A DNA stretch of 63,971 bases, counting the filler, from Acidimicrobiia bacterium (GTDB lineage Bacteria > Actinomycetota > Acidimicrobiia > Spongiisociales > CAZKJJ01), in NCBI GenBank assembly GCA_046759765.1. It is 3 parts of 3 records of this genome, joined end to end, with 100 filler letters (N's around TTAATTAATTAA, not from the genome) between each part and the next. Parts side by side here need not be neighbours in the genome. Positions count along the whole stretch, not along the records: positions 1 to 29,195 come from JBHICV010000014.1; 2 more parts are not named here. One strand, written 5' to 3'. The notes below the pieces were generated by a model. The model did no database searches, was not told the DNA's origin, and worked only from the letters and a program-made list of their open reading frames with translations. Positions 11,274 to 21,103 of the stretch are shown here, piece after piece. Position 1 is the stretch's first letter; each line of letters begins with the position of its first letter. A program made the translations under genes and the position numbers.

Positions 11274-12065
11274 ATGACAGATCAGGAGCTGGCGATCGAG
11301 GCCGCTCACGCCGGGGCGGACGTGGTCAGATCGTGGTTCGGGCGAGAACCGGACGTGGAGCTCAAGGGCGCGGTCGATCCCGTTACGGTCGCCGACCAAG
11401 AGGCCGAGCAGGCCATCCTCGGCGTTTTGAGAAGCGCCCGCCCCGATGATTCCTTCCTCACGGAGGAGTCAGGAATGTCGGGTCCGGAGCGTTCTCGACG
11501 CTGGATCGTCGACCCTCTCGACGGCACCATCAACTTCATTCATGGAATACCTCATGTGGGTGTGTCCGTGGCCTTCTACCAAGACGACAGCCCTTCGGCG
11601 GCCGCGGTAGTAGATGTGTTCCGAGATCAGACCTTCTCCGCGGAGGCAGGCGGCGGCACCATCCTCGATGGGCAGCCAGTCCGTGTGAGCAACCGAGAGC
11701 ACCTCGTTGAGGCGCTTATCGTCACCGGGTTTCCATACGACCGTCAGGAGCACGCCACCCGTTACGTCCGATCGGTGGCGGCCGTGCTCGAGAAGGCGAG
11801 GGGCGTGCGGAGAATCGGTAGCGCGGCGCTCGACTTCGCCTTCGTGGCGGCCGGCCGCTTCGATGCCTTCTGGGAGTTCCTTCTCGCACCCTGGGACACA
11901 GCAGCCGGTCTGCTGCTAGTCCGGGAGGCCGGGGGCTCCGTCGTCGACGAGCAACGCAAGCCCTATCAGCCCGGCGGACCTGTCGTGATAGCCGGGAACC
12001 CCTCCATTACGGACCAGCTGGCTCCACTGATCGCGGCGAACCTGCCACCACACATGGTCGCGTAG
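11274..12065 (+). CDS. suhB: Inositol monophosphatase family protein
   Basis: DPVTVAD, TEE, WIVDPLDGTINF, RRIGSAALD and WDTAAG motifs. Confidence 0.92.
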   Translation: MTDQELAIEAAHAGADVVRSWFGREPDVELKGAVDPVTVADQEAEQAILGVLRSARPDDSFLTEESGMSGPERSRRWIVDPLDGTINFIHGIPHVGVSVAFYQDDSPSAAAVVDVFRDQTFSAEAGGGTILDGQPVRVSNREHLVEALIVTGFPYDRQEHATRYVRSVAAVLEKARGVRRIGSAALDFAFVAAGRFDAFWEFLLAPWDTAAGLLLVREAGGSVVDEQRKPYQPGGPVVIAGNPSITDQLAPLIAANLPPHMVA

Positions 12066-12068
12066 CGC

Positions 12069-12116
12069 GTTTCTGTCAATGCCCGCGTGTTTTCCGACGC
12101 GTCGATTGACACGAAG
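12069..12116. repeat. REP-like palindromic element, copy 2
   Basis: GTTTCTGTCAAT-gccCGCGTgttttccgACGCG-tcgATTGACACGAAG, just after the suhB stop. Confidence 0.8.
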
Positions 12117-12136
12117 CCAGTTCTTAAGATGCTCCG

Positions 12137-13720
12137 ATGACCTCTCGTCTCGTCGTCGCCGATCGGATCGTCACCGCCCGAGGGGAGGCCGGCAACGCCC
12201 TCCTGATCGAAGACGGTCGAGTGGCAGCCGTTGGTGAAGCCGAGTTGCTCCGTCAAACAGCAGTGCTCGAGGAGTCATACCCAGGACGTGTGATCGCGCC
12301 TGGGCTACGCGATGCACATTTCCATCCGGTCGTTTATGCGGCCGTACTCAATCGGCTGACGCTCAAAGACGCCGCCGACCTTTCCGAGGTGAGAGACCGT
12401 GTTTCGGAATGGTCCGCGGGCCTCCCTCCCCGTGAGCCTTTGATCGGCGCGCGGCTTGACGACGAGAGCCTTGCGGAAGGTCGGCTACCGACTCGACACG
12501 ATCTCGACCTCGCGGTCTCGGACCGCCCGGTCCTACTCCACCGTTACTGCGGCCACATCGCCGTTGCTAACACCGCCGCACTCGAAGCAGCCGGAATCGA
12601 CGTCGACACCCCGGATCCTGTGGGTGGATCCTTCGACCGGGACCCACAAGGCCTTCCTACCGGCGTTCTGCGAGAGACCGCGGTCTCGGTCGTGGGTCGA
12701 GTTGTCGGGTCGCGAACCTCGGGCGTCAGCAGCGACCAACTGCTGACCGCGTTGCGGGGACTCCTGAAGTTCGGCTTGACATCGATGGGGGCGATGGTCT
12801 CCTACGAGCTCGACCCGTGGTGCGGGTCCCCGGCGGAGCTGGAGACATTGGTCGAAGTCTCGGAGGATCTTCCCTTCGACGTGGGCGTGTTGCTCATCGC
12901 GTCGACGCCCGAGCAACTGGCCAATGCAGCCGAGCTCATCTCGGGCGCCCGGGGGCGCCTCCGTTTCCTCGGTCTGAAGGGCTTCGCGGACGGAGGGCTC
13001 GGGGGTCACACGGCCGCTTTGCGCGAGCCGTACGCCGACGCGCCGGGTGAGCGCGGCACCGTCCGCCTCAATCCTGAACAGGCCGCTGACCTGGCGAGAG
13101 CATCATTGGCGCTCGACGGCATGGTCGCCCTCCATGCCATCGGTGACTTGGCATGCGAGCAGGTTCTGGACGTCTTCGAGGTGCTGATCTCCGAAGGTGC
13201 CGATCCTGAAGATCTCCGCATAGAACACGCTTCGGTCCTTACGCCGGCTGACGTCGAGCGGCTGGCCTCACTCGGAGTCATCGCCTCAGTGCAGCCCGCC
13301 TTCATGCCCTCGGAGACGACGTGGCTCGAAAAGCGACTCGGACCGGACCGCGTTCGGATCACCTACCCCTTCGCAACCATGCTCGAAGCCGGTGCTCGCC
13401 TGGCTGGAGGCTCGGATTGCCCTGTCGAGCCGCCCAACCCCTTCATTGGACTGGCGGCCGCTCGAGATCGGGCCGGCATCGTCCCTGAGGAGGAGCGTTT
13501 GGGCCCACACGAGGCCCTCGAACTCTTCACAGGCGGTGCTGCCGGAGCACTGCGGGAGCCGGAACCGCTCGCCGAAGGATCGCCTGCCACGTTCGTCGTT
13601 CTGGATCGCGACCCGGTGGAGAGCTCTCCTTCAGAGCTGCGACTCACCGAGGTCGAGTCGGTCTGGATCGATGGTAAGACCGTCGAGCTGCCGGCCGAGC
13701 CGCCTGTGTGGCCGGGCTAG
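12137..13720 (+). CDS. Amidohydrolase 3 family protein (YtcJ-like)
   Basis: PGLRDAHFH, KGFADG, HAIGD, RIEHAS, SVQP and GSDCPV motifs. Confidence 0.9.
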   Translation: MTSRLVVADRIVTARGEAGNALLIEDGRVAAVGEAELLRQTAVLEESYPGRVIAPGLRDAHFHPVVYAAVLNRLTLKDAADLSEVRDRVSEWSAGLPPREPLIGARLDDESLAEGRLPTRHDLDLAVSDRPVLLHRYCGHIAVANTAALEAAGIDVDTPDPVGGSFDRDPQGLPTGVLRETAVSVVGRVVGSRTSGVSSDQLLTALRGLLKFGLTSMGAMVSYELDPWCGSPAELETLVEVSEDLPFDVGVLLIASTPEQLANAAELISGARGRLRFLGLKGFADGGLGGHTAALREPYADAPGERGTVRLNPEQAADLARASLALDGMVALHAIGDLACEQVLDVFEVLISEGADPEDLRIEHASVLTPADVERLASLGVIASVQPAFMPSETTWLEKRLGPDRVRITYPFATMLEAGARLAGGSDCPVEPPNPFIGLAAARDRAGIVPEEERLGPHEALELFTGGAAGALREPEPLAEGSPATFVVLDRDPVESSPSELRLTEVESVWIDGKTVELPAEPPVWPG

Positions 13721-13732
13721 CTACCTGGTCCC

Positions 13733-13966
13733 TCAGCCGAGCCGTTCCCGTATGGGACCGGCAAGCTCTTCGTATTCCGCGTGCCGTCCCGTTTCCAGTT
13801 TCGAGTAGATCAAATCGTCATCAGCCGAGACTTCGAACTTCCCTCCCTTGTCCGGTATTAGCGTCACGGGAAACTGTTGAGGGAATTCATCGAGCAGTTG
13901 CTCTGCCATGCCCACGGCACGGTCCGTGTAGTTTCAAGCCCGACAGAAGACGATCGTGACGTGCAT
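13733..13966 (-). CDS. Rdx (SelT/SelW/SelH) family selenoprotein, 77 aa; Sec at codon 11 (TGA at 13934-13936)
   Basis: Reading through the TGA gives MHVTIVFCRAUNYTDRA...GGKFEVSADDDLIYSKLETGRH, with the CxxU motif plus the GxFEV/IYSK Rdx signature. A SECIS-like hairpin lies downstream. Confidence 0.9.
13904..13919 (-). promoter_or_regulatory. Putative bacterial SECIS element of the Rdx gene
   Basis: TGCCGT-GGGC-ATGGCA stem-loop; the loop begins with GG, 20 nt after the UGA. Confidence 0.6.
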
Positions 13967-14026
13967 TGCGGGCGCTAGGGTAGCCCGCCTGCCGCGCTGA
14001 GCCGGCAGCCGGCCCGAGGCCACCTA

Positions 14027-15979
14027 ATGTCCATTTCGTACAACGTCAAGTCGGCCGACGAGGTCGACGCCATGCTCTCCGAGGCCATCGAGGCGTGCGA
14101 GGAGCTGGTAGATGAGGTCGTCGAAGTCGAAGAGCCACGAACCTTCGAAAACACCATGCGGCCGCTCGAGAAGGTCGCAGCGCGCCTATCCGATGTGGGT
14201 GGGCACGGCCCTTTCCTCGCCCACGTCCACACCGACGATCGCGTTCGCGACGCAGCCAGAGAATCGGAGCAGCGCCTGAGGCAGTGGGCAACCGACCTCG
14301 AATTCCGAGAGGACCTCTACGAGGCAGTGAAGGCCTTCAACGAGACGAAAGAAGCCTCCGAGCTGAATGGTGAACAACGGCGTCTGCTCGACTTCACGAT
14401 GCGGGACTTCCGCCTGGTGGGTCACGAGCTGGCGCCCGAACGCAAAGCCCGGGCCCAGGAGATCCGTCAGCGTCTGGTCGAGCTGGAGGTGGACTTCGCT
14501 CGCCACATCGCCGAGGACGACTCGCACCTGTTGGTGCGCCGAGAGGACCTAACCGGGCTCCCCGACGATTACATCGAGAGCCTGGAGGCGGGTGAGGCGC
14601 CGGACACATTGAAGATAACGATGGCGTACCCCGAGGTGCTTCCGTTCCTCGACCACGCCGAGCGGCGCGATCTACGGCAGGCTCTCTCGCTGATCTACAA
14701 CAACCGAGCCGTGAAGCCCAACCGGCCCATCTTGGAGGAAGCTCTTGCTCTGCGGTTCGAATTGGCTCATTTGTTCGACCTCGAGTCGTGGGCGGACTAC
14801 CGGTTCCAGACCAAGATGGCTAAGAAGGTCGACCGAGTGCAGGAGATGTACGGGAGTCTGACGCCACGCCTGACCAAGAAGGGTCAGGAGGAACTCGGCG
14901 TTATGACGGATCTTCTCGAGGGTGATGAGCAGGACCGTGGCTTCCGAAGCTGGGACTACCGCTTCTACGAAACCAAGCTGCGAAAGACCGCGTTCGGCGT
15001 AGATCCGTTTGAGGTGGCCCAGTACTTCCCATTGGATCAGGTTCTGGACGGCCTGTTCTCGATCACGGGCGAGGTCTTCGGCCTTTCCTACGAAGCATTG
15101 GACAACGGAGGTGCCTGGCATCCTGACGCCAAGCTGTTTTCGGTTTCCGACCGGGCCACCGGGGATTTCATCGCTCACTTTTTCATGGATCTCCATCCCC
15201 GCCGCGGCAAGTTCACTCACGCGGCGGCCTGGCCGCTGCTGCCCGGTCACGCCGCCGAGGAAGGGGCGGTGCACCCGATCAGTGCGATCGTGGCCAATCT
15301 GCCCAAGCCCGGCGCCGAGAGACCATCGCTTCTCAAGCATGACGATGTGGTGACTCTGTTTCACGAGTTTGGCCATGTCCTGCACATGTCGCTATCGCGG
15401 GCGCGGTTCACGCGTTTCTCAGGAGCCGAGACTGAGTGGGACTTCGTGGAGGCGCCTTCCCAGATCATGGAGCACTGGTGCTGGCAGACCGAGGTGCTGA
15501 GGCGCTTTGCTCGGCACCACGAAACCGGGGAACCTATCCCCGAGAAGCTCGTCTCTCAGCTCGTAGCAGCGAAGAATCTCAACACCGGGCTCTTTCACCT
15601 CAGGCAGGTCTCCTTCGGTCAGCTCGATCTCTCCTATCACGGAGGAGATGAGCAGAAGGACCTTGATCGGATCCTTCGAGAGACGTACGAGATCGGGCTT
15701 ATCCCATTCCCGGAAGGGACGTTCTTTCCCGGCAGCTTCGGTCACTTGATGGGCGGATACGACGCCGGCTATTACGGGTATCTGTGGGCCAAGGTCTTCG
15801 GAGACGACATGTTCAGCCGCTTCGAGGCCGCGGGTTTTACCGACCCGGAAGTCGGCGCTGACTACCGAGCCAAGATTCTCGAGCCGAACGGCACCCGAGA
15901 CGCCGACGATCTGCTCAGGGACTTTCTGGGAAGAGAGCCTTCCACCGAGGCCTTTCTCCGCTACAACGGGATCGACTAG
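14027..15979 (+). CDS. M3A family oligopeptidase (thimet oligopeptidase-like)
   Basis: FHEFGH zinc motif; DFVEAPSQIMEHW and FGHLMGGYDAGYYGYLW motifs. Confidence 0.93.
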   Translation: MSISYNVKSADEVDAMLSEAIEACEELVDEVVEVEEPRTFENTMRPLEKVAARLSDVGGHGPFLAHVHTDDRVRDAARESEQRLRQWATDLEFREDLYEAVKAFNETKEASELNGEQRRLLDFTMRDFRLVGHELAPERKARAQEIRQRLVELEVDFARHIAEDDSHLLVRREDLTGLPDDYIESLEAGEAPDTLKITMAYPEVLPFLDHAERRDLRQALSLIYNNRAVKPNRPILEEALALRFELAHLFDLESWADYRFQTKMAKKVDRVQEMYGSLTPRLTKKGQEELGVMTDLLEGDEQDRGFRSWDYRFYETKLRKTAFGVDPFEVAQYFPLDQVLDGLFSITGEVFGLSYEALDNGGAWHPDAKLFSVSDRATGDFIAHFFMDLHPRRGKFTHAAAWPLLPGHAAEEGAVHPISAIVANLPKPGAERPSLLKHDDVVTLFHEFGHVLHMSLSRARFTRFSGAETEWDFVEAPSQIMEHWCWQTEVLRRFARHHETGEPIPEKLVSQLVAAKNLNTGLFHLRQVSFGQLDLSYHGGDEQKDLDRILRETYEIGLIPFPEGTFFPGSFGHLMGGYDAGYYGYLWAKVFGDDMFSRFEAAGFTDPEVGADYRAKILEPNGTRDADDLLRDFLGREPSTEAFLRYNGID

Positions 15980-16096
15980 GCCCGAAGACCACCGCTCTGT
16001 CTTAGAATTGACTAAGAAGCTCGGAATCCGGGAACTTCCGGGCACTTCCTGACGTCATAGTCCAAACAAGCGATCCGAACGCGGGTTCGCTCCGTA

Positions 16097-16124
16097 TCAA
16101 GAGTGAGGGGGATGCTGCCGACAT
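16097..16124 (+). promoter_or_regulatory. Putative sigma-28 (FliA/WhiG-type) promoter
   Basis: TCAAG-N15-GCCGACAT upstream of the small Cys/His protein. Confidence 0.45.
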
Positions 16125-16163
16125 AAATATCCGGGCTCCCCCGGGGCGGTGCAGAAGCCTCCT

Positions 16164-16179
16164 TGTGAAACAAATCACT
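16164..16179. promoter_or_regulatory. CRP/GlxR-type operator
   Basis: TGTGA-AACAAA-TCACT, a 9/10 match to TGTGA-N6-TCACA, in an AT-rich intergenic patch. Confidence 0.55.
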
Positions 16180-16206
16180 ACCCACGGACGTTGACCGTGA
16201 GGAGTT

Positions 16207-16407
16207 ATGAACATGACTGACACTCTCAAAGGACGGCGCATCAGCGGCGGAGTGAGGCCGAGCCGAAACTTCGGCGAAGGCCGGCTGTGCGCCAAAAGGG
16301 GTTGTGATACCAAGCTTTCTCGCTACAACCGCCGCGAGTTCTGCTATGTCCACGCACCGATACGCTTCCCCCGGGTGCGCGGCAAGATCCTTCCCGAAAG
16401 TCCATAA
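16207..16407 (+). CDS. Small basic protein with a putative C-x4-C...C-x2-H zinc finger
   Basis: GAGGAG RBS; LCAKRGCDTKLSRYNRREFCYVH. The start could be 16213. Confidence 0.75.
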   Translation: MNMTDTLKGRRISGGVRPSRNFGEGRLCAKRGCDTKLSRYNRREFCYVHAPIRFPRVRGKILPESP

Positions 16408-16454
16408 GGTCTCGGCGCCTAAGCAAATCCCCTCCCAACCGACGGCGCCACCTC

Positions 16455-16490
16455 GAGGAGAGGTCCCGAGCCACCGCGGGGCCTCTCCTC
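16455..16490 (+). terminator. Strong hairpin downstream of the small protein
   Basis: GAGGAGAGGTCCCG...CGGGGCCTCTCCTC inverted repeat. Confidence 0.55.
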
Positions 16491-16511
16491 ACGTATAAGC
16501 GCTGCTCGTCG

Positions 16512-16562
16512 AGTTTCGTGTCAATGCCCGCGTCGGAAAGCGACGCGCCGATTGACAGGAAC
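16512..16562. repeat. REP-like palindromic element, copy 3
   Basis: GTTTCGTGTCAAT-gccCGCGTCGgaaagCGACGCG-ccgATTGACAGGAAC. Confidence 0.8.
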
Positions 16563-16590
16563 GCGCGGTGTTTAGTCCTCATCTGTTGTG

Positions 16591-16609
16591 ACCCCACCCC
16601 AGGTGGGGT
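16591..16609. promoter_or_regulatory. CsoR operator
   Basis: ACCCCACC-CCA-GGTGGGGT G/C-tract palindrome just upstream of the -10 TATCAT of csoR. Confidence 0.75.
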
Positions 16610-16630
16610 AGGATGTGCTATCATGGGAGC

Positions 16631-16930
16631 ATGCGAGAACAAAACAAACGCGATGCTCTCAACCGCCTTCGCACCGTCCGCGGTCATATGGACGCGGTGA
16701 TTGGGATGGTGGAAGAGGAGCAGTACTGCCCCGATGTAATGAAGCAGGTCTCTGCGCTCCAGGGCTCGCTTGAAAAGGTGAATCGGGTCCTGCTCCAGAA
16801 TCACCTCGAGACCTGCGTGGCGCATGCGGTGGCGGACGGCCGCACCGAGGAGATCGTCGACGAGCTCATGGAAACGATGAAGTTCACGGCCGCGGTCACC
16901 GGTCCGGCACACACGGGAGGCCACAGATGA
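16631..16930 (+). CDS. csoR: Copper-sensing repressor CsoR
   Basis: NRLRTVRGH, YCPDV and NHLETC (Cys/His/Cys ligands); upstream of copZ-copA; apparently leaderless ATG at 16631. Confidence 0.92.
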   Translation: MREQNKRDALNRLRTVRGHMDAVIGMVEEEQYCPDVMKQVSALQGSLEKVNRVLLQNHLETCVAHAVADGRTEEIVDELMETMKFTAAVTGPAHTGGHR

Positions 16931-17133
16931 CACAGCTGACCATCAATGTGCCCGAGATTCACTGCGATCACTGCAAGGAATCGCTCGAGGCTGCCGTCGG
17001 CACTCTCGATGGAGTCGTCAGCGCAGAGGTGGCCATTGATGCCCACACGATCGACGTCACCTACGACGAGAACGTAACTCCATACTCGGACATCGTGACC
17101 GCCATCGAGGACCAGGGATACGAGGTTCCTTGA
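16927..17133 (+). CDS. copZ: Copper chaperone (HMA domain)
   Basis: 68 aa; IHCDHC motif; ends IEDQGYEV. Confidence 0.92.
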   Translation: MTQLTINVPEIHCDHCKESLEAAVGTLDGVVSAEVAIDAHTIDVTYDENVTPYSDIVTAIEDQGYEVP

Positions 17134-19280
17134 AAGAGGACACGCTCACCTTTGATGTCGAGGGGATGACCTGTGCCTCGTGCGCGGTCCGAATCGAGCG
17201 CATCCTCTCCCGTCAGGAGGGAGTAGAGAGCGCCGTCGTCAACTTCGCCGGGTCCGAGGCATCCGTTGAGCTGGCAGAGCCCGTTGATCCCGGCGACCTG
17301 GTTTCTGCTGTCGAGCGGATCGGCTACCGGATCGAGCTGATCGAAGCGGACGACAAGCGGCCCGACCACGTCGGACGTTACGGCGAGGAGGCACGAGCTC
17401 AGCTGCGTCGAGTTATAGGCGCCGCCGCACTCAGCCTGCCCTCGATGGCCCTAGCGATGCTCGGGCCGGAGGCAACCTGGAACCCGGTCCTGCAGTGGGT
17501 GTTGATCACGCCCGTCGTCTTTTACTTCGGAGCGCAATTCCATCGCGCCGCCCTTGTTCGGTTGCGGTCCTGGAGCGCCAACATGGACACCCTCATTTCG
17601 CTCGGCACCCTCACCGCCTATGGCTATTCAGTCTGGGCCGTGCTGGCGGGAGCCGAGCCCTTCTTCGAGACCGCCGGGATGATCGTGACCTTGATTCTGT
17701 TGGGCCGCTACTTCGAAGCGCGAGCTAAGGGCCGAGCCTCCGCTGCAATCACCAAGCTGCTCGAGCTCGGCGCTAAAGAAGCACGCGTCATCCTCGACGA
17801 CACAGAGGCGACGATTCCGATCGATCGAGTCGCGGTCGGTGATCTGTTGTTGATCCGACCCGGCGAGAAGGTCCCTACCGACGGCCTAATCACCGAGGGC
17901 CGTACGTCTCTCGACGAATCGATGCTGACTGGTGAGTCGTTACCTGTGGACAAGGGTCCGGGAGATGAAGTATTTGGAGCCACCGTCAACCAGCAGGGTC
18001 TCATACGCGTGGAGGCGACTGCGGTGGGATCGCAAACCGCCCTCGCTCAAATCGTCCGTCTCGTGGAAGAGGCCCAGGCTTCCAAGGCGCCCGTTCAGCA
18101 TCTCGCCGACCGCGTGTCCGGTGTCTTTGTTCCGGTGGTAATTGCCATCTCCCTCTTGACGTTGGCAGCCTGGGCCGCGCTGGCAGGAGACACGCTCGGC
18201 GGACTGCGAGCCGCAGTAACCGTGTTGATAATCGCCTGCCCATGCGCTCTGGGGCTCGCCACTCCCACTGCCATCATGGTGGGCAGTGGCAGGGGGGCCC
18301 AGCTGGGATTGGTCTTCAAGCGGGCCGACACCTTTGAGCGGGCCAAGGACGTAGACGCCGTCCTGTTCGACAAGACCGGGACCTTGACCCGCGGAGTCAT
18401 GAGCCTCACCGACGTCATTGCCGACGACCAGACGGAGTTCCTTCTCAGGGTCGGGTCTCTCGAAGCCGCCAGTGAGCACCCGATCGGGCAAGCCGTAGCT
18501 CTGGGAGCCGAGGAGCAAGGCCTCGATCTCGTCGAGGTTACCGACGTCGAGGGGGTTCCTGGTCTTGGCATTCGGGGCAGGGTGAACGGCCTCGAGGTCC
18601 TGGCCGGGAAGCCAAAGTTTCTTGCTGATCACGGCGTCCAGATTCGCGACGAGCACCTGACGTCGATGGAAGCGTGGGAGGCGGAGGGTAAGACGGCCAT
18701 CGGGGCAGGGTGGCAAGGTGAGAGCCGGGGTGCGCTTGCCCTTTCAGACGATCTTCGTCCCACCTCAAAACCCACCGTCGCGGAGCTCTCCGAGGAAGGG
18801 CTCCATGTGGCATTGATCACCGGCGACAATCAAAGAACCGCAGATGCCATCGCCGGCCAAGTCGGCATCTCGGATGTGATGGCGGAAGTGTTGCCTTCGG
18901 ATAAGGGAGAGGGAGTTGCAAGCTTGCAGGCCGACGGCAAAGTCGTCGCTTTCGTCGGCGATGGGATCAACGACGCTCCGGCTCTCTCGCGCGCGGACCT
19001 GGGCATGGCCGTTGGTACCGGAACAGATGTGGCGATAGAGGCGGGCGACGTGATTCTCATGTCAGGAGACCCAAGGCTGGTGGTTACCGCCCTTGGGTTG
19101 GCGGGTCGGACCTTCCGGACCATTCGACAGAACCTCTTTTGGGCGTTCTTCTACAACACGATCGCTATTCCGATTGCGGCCCTGGGGCTGCTGAATCCCG
19201 CCATCGCGGCGGCGGCTATGGCCTTCTCCAGTGTGTCGGTCGTGACCAACAGCCTCCGCCTCAGGCGGTTCGCGGCCTAA
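17130..19280 (+). CDS. copA: Cu(I)-translocating P1B-type ATPase
   Basis: [40 protein letters not shown] and MAFSS motifs. Confidence 0.96.
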   Translation: MKEDTLTFDVEGMTCASCAVRIERILSRQEGVESAVVNFAGSEASVELAEPVDPGDLVSAVERIGYRIELIEADDKRPDHVGRYGEEARAQLRRVIGAAALSLPSMALAMLGPEATWNPVLQWVLITPVVFYFGAQFHRAALVRLRSWSANMDTLISLGTLTAYGYSVWAVLAGAEPFFETAGMIVTLILLGRYFEARAKGRASAAITKLLELGAKEARVILDDTEATIPIDRVAVGDLLLIRPGEKVPTDGLITEGRTSLDESMLTGESLPVDKGPGDEVFGATVNQQGLIRVEATAVGSQTALAQIVRLVEEAQASKAPVQHLADRVSGVFVPVVIAISLLTLAAWAALAGDTLGGLRAAVTVLIIACPCALGLATPTAIMVGSGRGAQLGLVFKRADTFERAKDVDAVLFDKTGTLTRGVMSLTDVIADDQTEFLLRVGSLEAASEHPIGQAVALGAEEQGLDLVEVTDVEGVPGLGIRGRVNGLEVLAGKPKFLADHGVQIRDEHLTSMEAWEAEGKTAIGAGWQGESRGALALSDDLRPTSKPTVAELSEEGLHVALITGDNQRTADAIAGQVGISDVMAEVLPSDKGEGVASLQADGKVVAFVGDGINDAPALSRADLGMAVGTGTDVAIEAGDVILMSGDPRLVVTALGLAGRTFRTIRQNLFWAFFYNTIAIPIAALGLLNPAIAAAAMAFSSVSVVTNSLRLRRFAA

Positions 19281-19328
19281 GAGCTAGAGCCAGGGAATCA
19301 GCTCCGTGTAGGTTCGGGCCCGGATCAC

Positions 19329-20453
19329 ATGGCTGACCACCGCCCACCCGACGACTTACGTGTCTCGCCACTCGAGCTCTTCTTCGATCTCGTCTTTGTC
19401 TTCGCGGTCACGCAGGTATCGGTCCTGATACGCCAGGATGCCTCCGCCGGGGCTGTTCTGCGCGGGCTCCTCATCCTGGCGATGCTCTGGTGGGCATGGC
19501 AGCAATACACCTGGACGATCAACGGCGTGGGGACTACCAGGCTGAGCGCCCGGCTAGTGCTGGTCGTGGCCATGGGCGCCACGCTGCTAACGGCCATGGC
19601 CGTCCCCGACGCCTTCGGCGATAGCGGTCTCAGGTTTGCGGCCGGGTACGCCGCGGTTTTGCTACTTGCTCTCGCCTTCTACTGGATCGCAATACGGGAC
19701 CTCGAGGGCCTACGTGCTGCCTTCATGACGTACCTCCCCTTGGCGACTATGGCAGCCGCCATATTCCTCATCGGTGGCCTCGTTGACCCTCCGCTGCGAA
19801 CGGTTCTTTGGGTCGCCGGCATCGCGATCGAGCTCGTGGCGGCCGCCAACGCCAACCAAGCCGACTTCCAGATTCGGCCCGGCCACTTCGCCGAGCGCCA
19901 CCAACTATTTGTCATCTTGGCGCTCGGGGAGTCGATCGTGGCCATCGGACTGGCGGCTGCTACCGAAGAACGTACCCTCGAAGTCGGCCTGGCGATGGGA
20001 GCTGCCTTCGTGGCTACGGCCGCCATCTGGTGGGCGTATTTCGATCGCATCGCCGACGCAACAGAGACTGCGCTTGGCCGCGCGACCGGCCCGGAGCGAA
20101 CTAGAGCTGCCAACTTCCTGTTCACTTCTGGCCACTTCCCCCTGATAGCCGGCATCGTTCTGTTTGCGGTGGTGGCCGAAGAGGCCGTGGCTCACCCGAG
20201 TGACCACCTCGAAGTATCCGCCCGCGTGATCCTTGTCCTCGGCTTCGCTCTCGTGCTGGGAACGTTGGTCGGGATCGGTCGCCTATCAGGGTTACCTGTG
20301 CTCTGGGAACGGCTCGTCGCCGTCGGAGCCATCGTCGTGCTCGCCTTGGCCGGAGCGGGCCTGGTCGGGTGGCTGCTACTCGGAGTTTCGGCGACTTTCG
20401 TCGTCCTGGCGCTGATCGTCGAAAGACAGCGATTGGTTTGGGAGCCGGCCTAG
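19329..20453 (+). CDS. ltrA: Low temperature requirement protein A family membrane protein
   Basis: VSPLELFFDLVFVFAVTQ and HFAERHQLFVILALGES motifs; multiple TM helices. Confidence 0.88.
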   Translation: MADHRPPDDLRVSPLELFFDLVFVFAVTQVSVLIRQDASAGAVLRGLLILAMLWWAWQQYTWTINGVGTTRLSARLVLVVAMGATLLTAMAVPDAFGDSGLRFAAGYAAVLLLALAFYWIAIRDLEGLRAAFMTYLPLATMAAAIFLIGGLVDPPLRTVLWVAGIAIELVAAANANQADFQIRPGHFAERHQLFVILALGESIVAIGLAAATEERTLEVGLAMGAAFVATAAIWWAYFDRIADATETALGRATGPERTRAANFLFTSGHFPLIAGIVLFAVVAEEAVAHPSDHLEVSARVILVLGFALVLGTLVGIGRLSGLPVLWERLVAVGAIVVLALAGAGLVGWLLLGVSATFVVLALIVERQRLVWEPA

Positions 20454-20465
20454 AAGGAGGAGGGC

Positions 20466-20924
20466 TCACGACTCTGAGTCGGCCTCTTCGCCGATGTCCT
20501 CGTCCCACACCTCGGGATGCTCAGCCATGAACATCTCCATCAGCTCCACGCTCCGTGCATCGTCCAGGATCTCCAGCTCGACGCCGCGGGCTCGCAGATA
20601 TGCCTCCGGTCCATGAAAGGTCCTGTTCTCGCCCGCGACGACCTTAGGAATCCGATAGAGAAGCACGGCTCCCGAGCACATGTCACACGGCGACAGGGTC
20701 GAGTAGAGAACGGATCTCCGATAGTCGGCCGCCGGTAACCGCCCGGCATTCTCGAGCGCATCGATCTCGGCGTGCAGTACCGCGCTTCCTTGCTGGAGCC
20801 TCCGGTTGTGGCCCCGACCGACGATCTCCCCGTCCAAAACCAACACCGAGCCGATAGGGATGCCACCTTCCGCGCGGCCCTTCTGAGCCTCTTCCAGCGC
20901 TGCCTCAAAGAAGGGATCTGCCAT
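20466..20924 (-). CDS. Cytosine/nucleoside deaminase (CDA fold, yeast Fcy1-like)
   Basis: EGGIPIGSVL, GHNRR, HAE and LSPCDMC motifs; ends WDEDIGE. Confidence 0.9.
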   Translation of the reverse strand: MADPFFEAALEEAQKGRAEGGIPIGSVLVLDGEIVGRGHNRRLQQGSAVLHAEIDALENAGRLPAADYRRSVLYSTLSPCDMCSGAVLLYRIPKVVAGENRTFHGPEAYLRARGVELEILDDARSVELMEMFMAEHPEVWDEDIGEEADSES

Positions 20925-21103
20925 CGGCCCGGCACGGTAGCCGTCTGGGCTAGAACCCACGAGGATCGACTGTTCTACAGTTCCCGCCATGCAGGATTTG
21001 GTCCAGCGGGGTCCCTCCGGGGACCTCGCTCTTTATTGCATATCGCCGTTCTCTGGCCCCCTGTTGAGAGACTAAGTTTGGGCCGGACTCGAAAGGAGAC
21101 TTC

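Noticed and set aside
12106..12130. TTGACA in the REP-like arm as a sigma-70 -35 box
   Set aside because: The spacing to TAAGAT is only 13 nt, and I found no properly spaced -10 for the other copies.
14027..15979. Eukaryote-like peptidases (TOP-like M3; also the M1 at 32454) as horizontal transfers
   Set aside because: Both subfamilies occur in bacteria, and I see no compositional anomaly or mobility gene.
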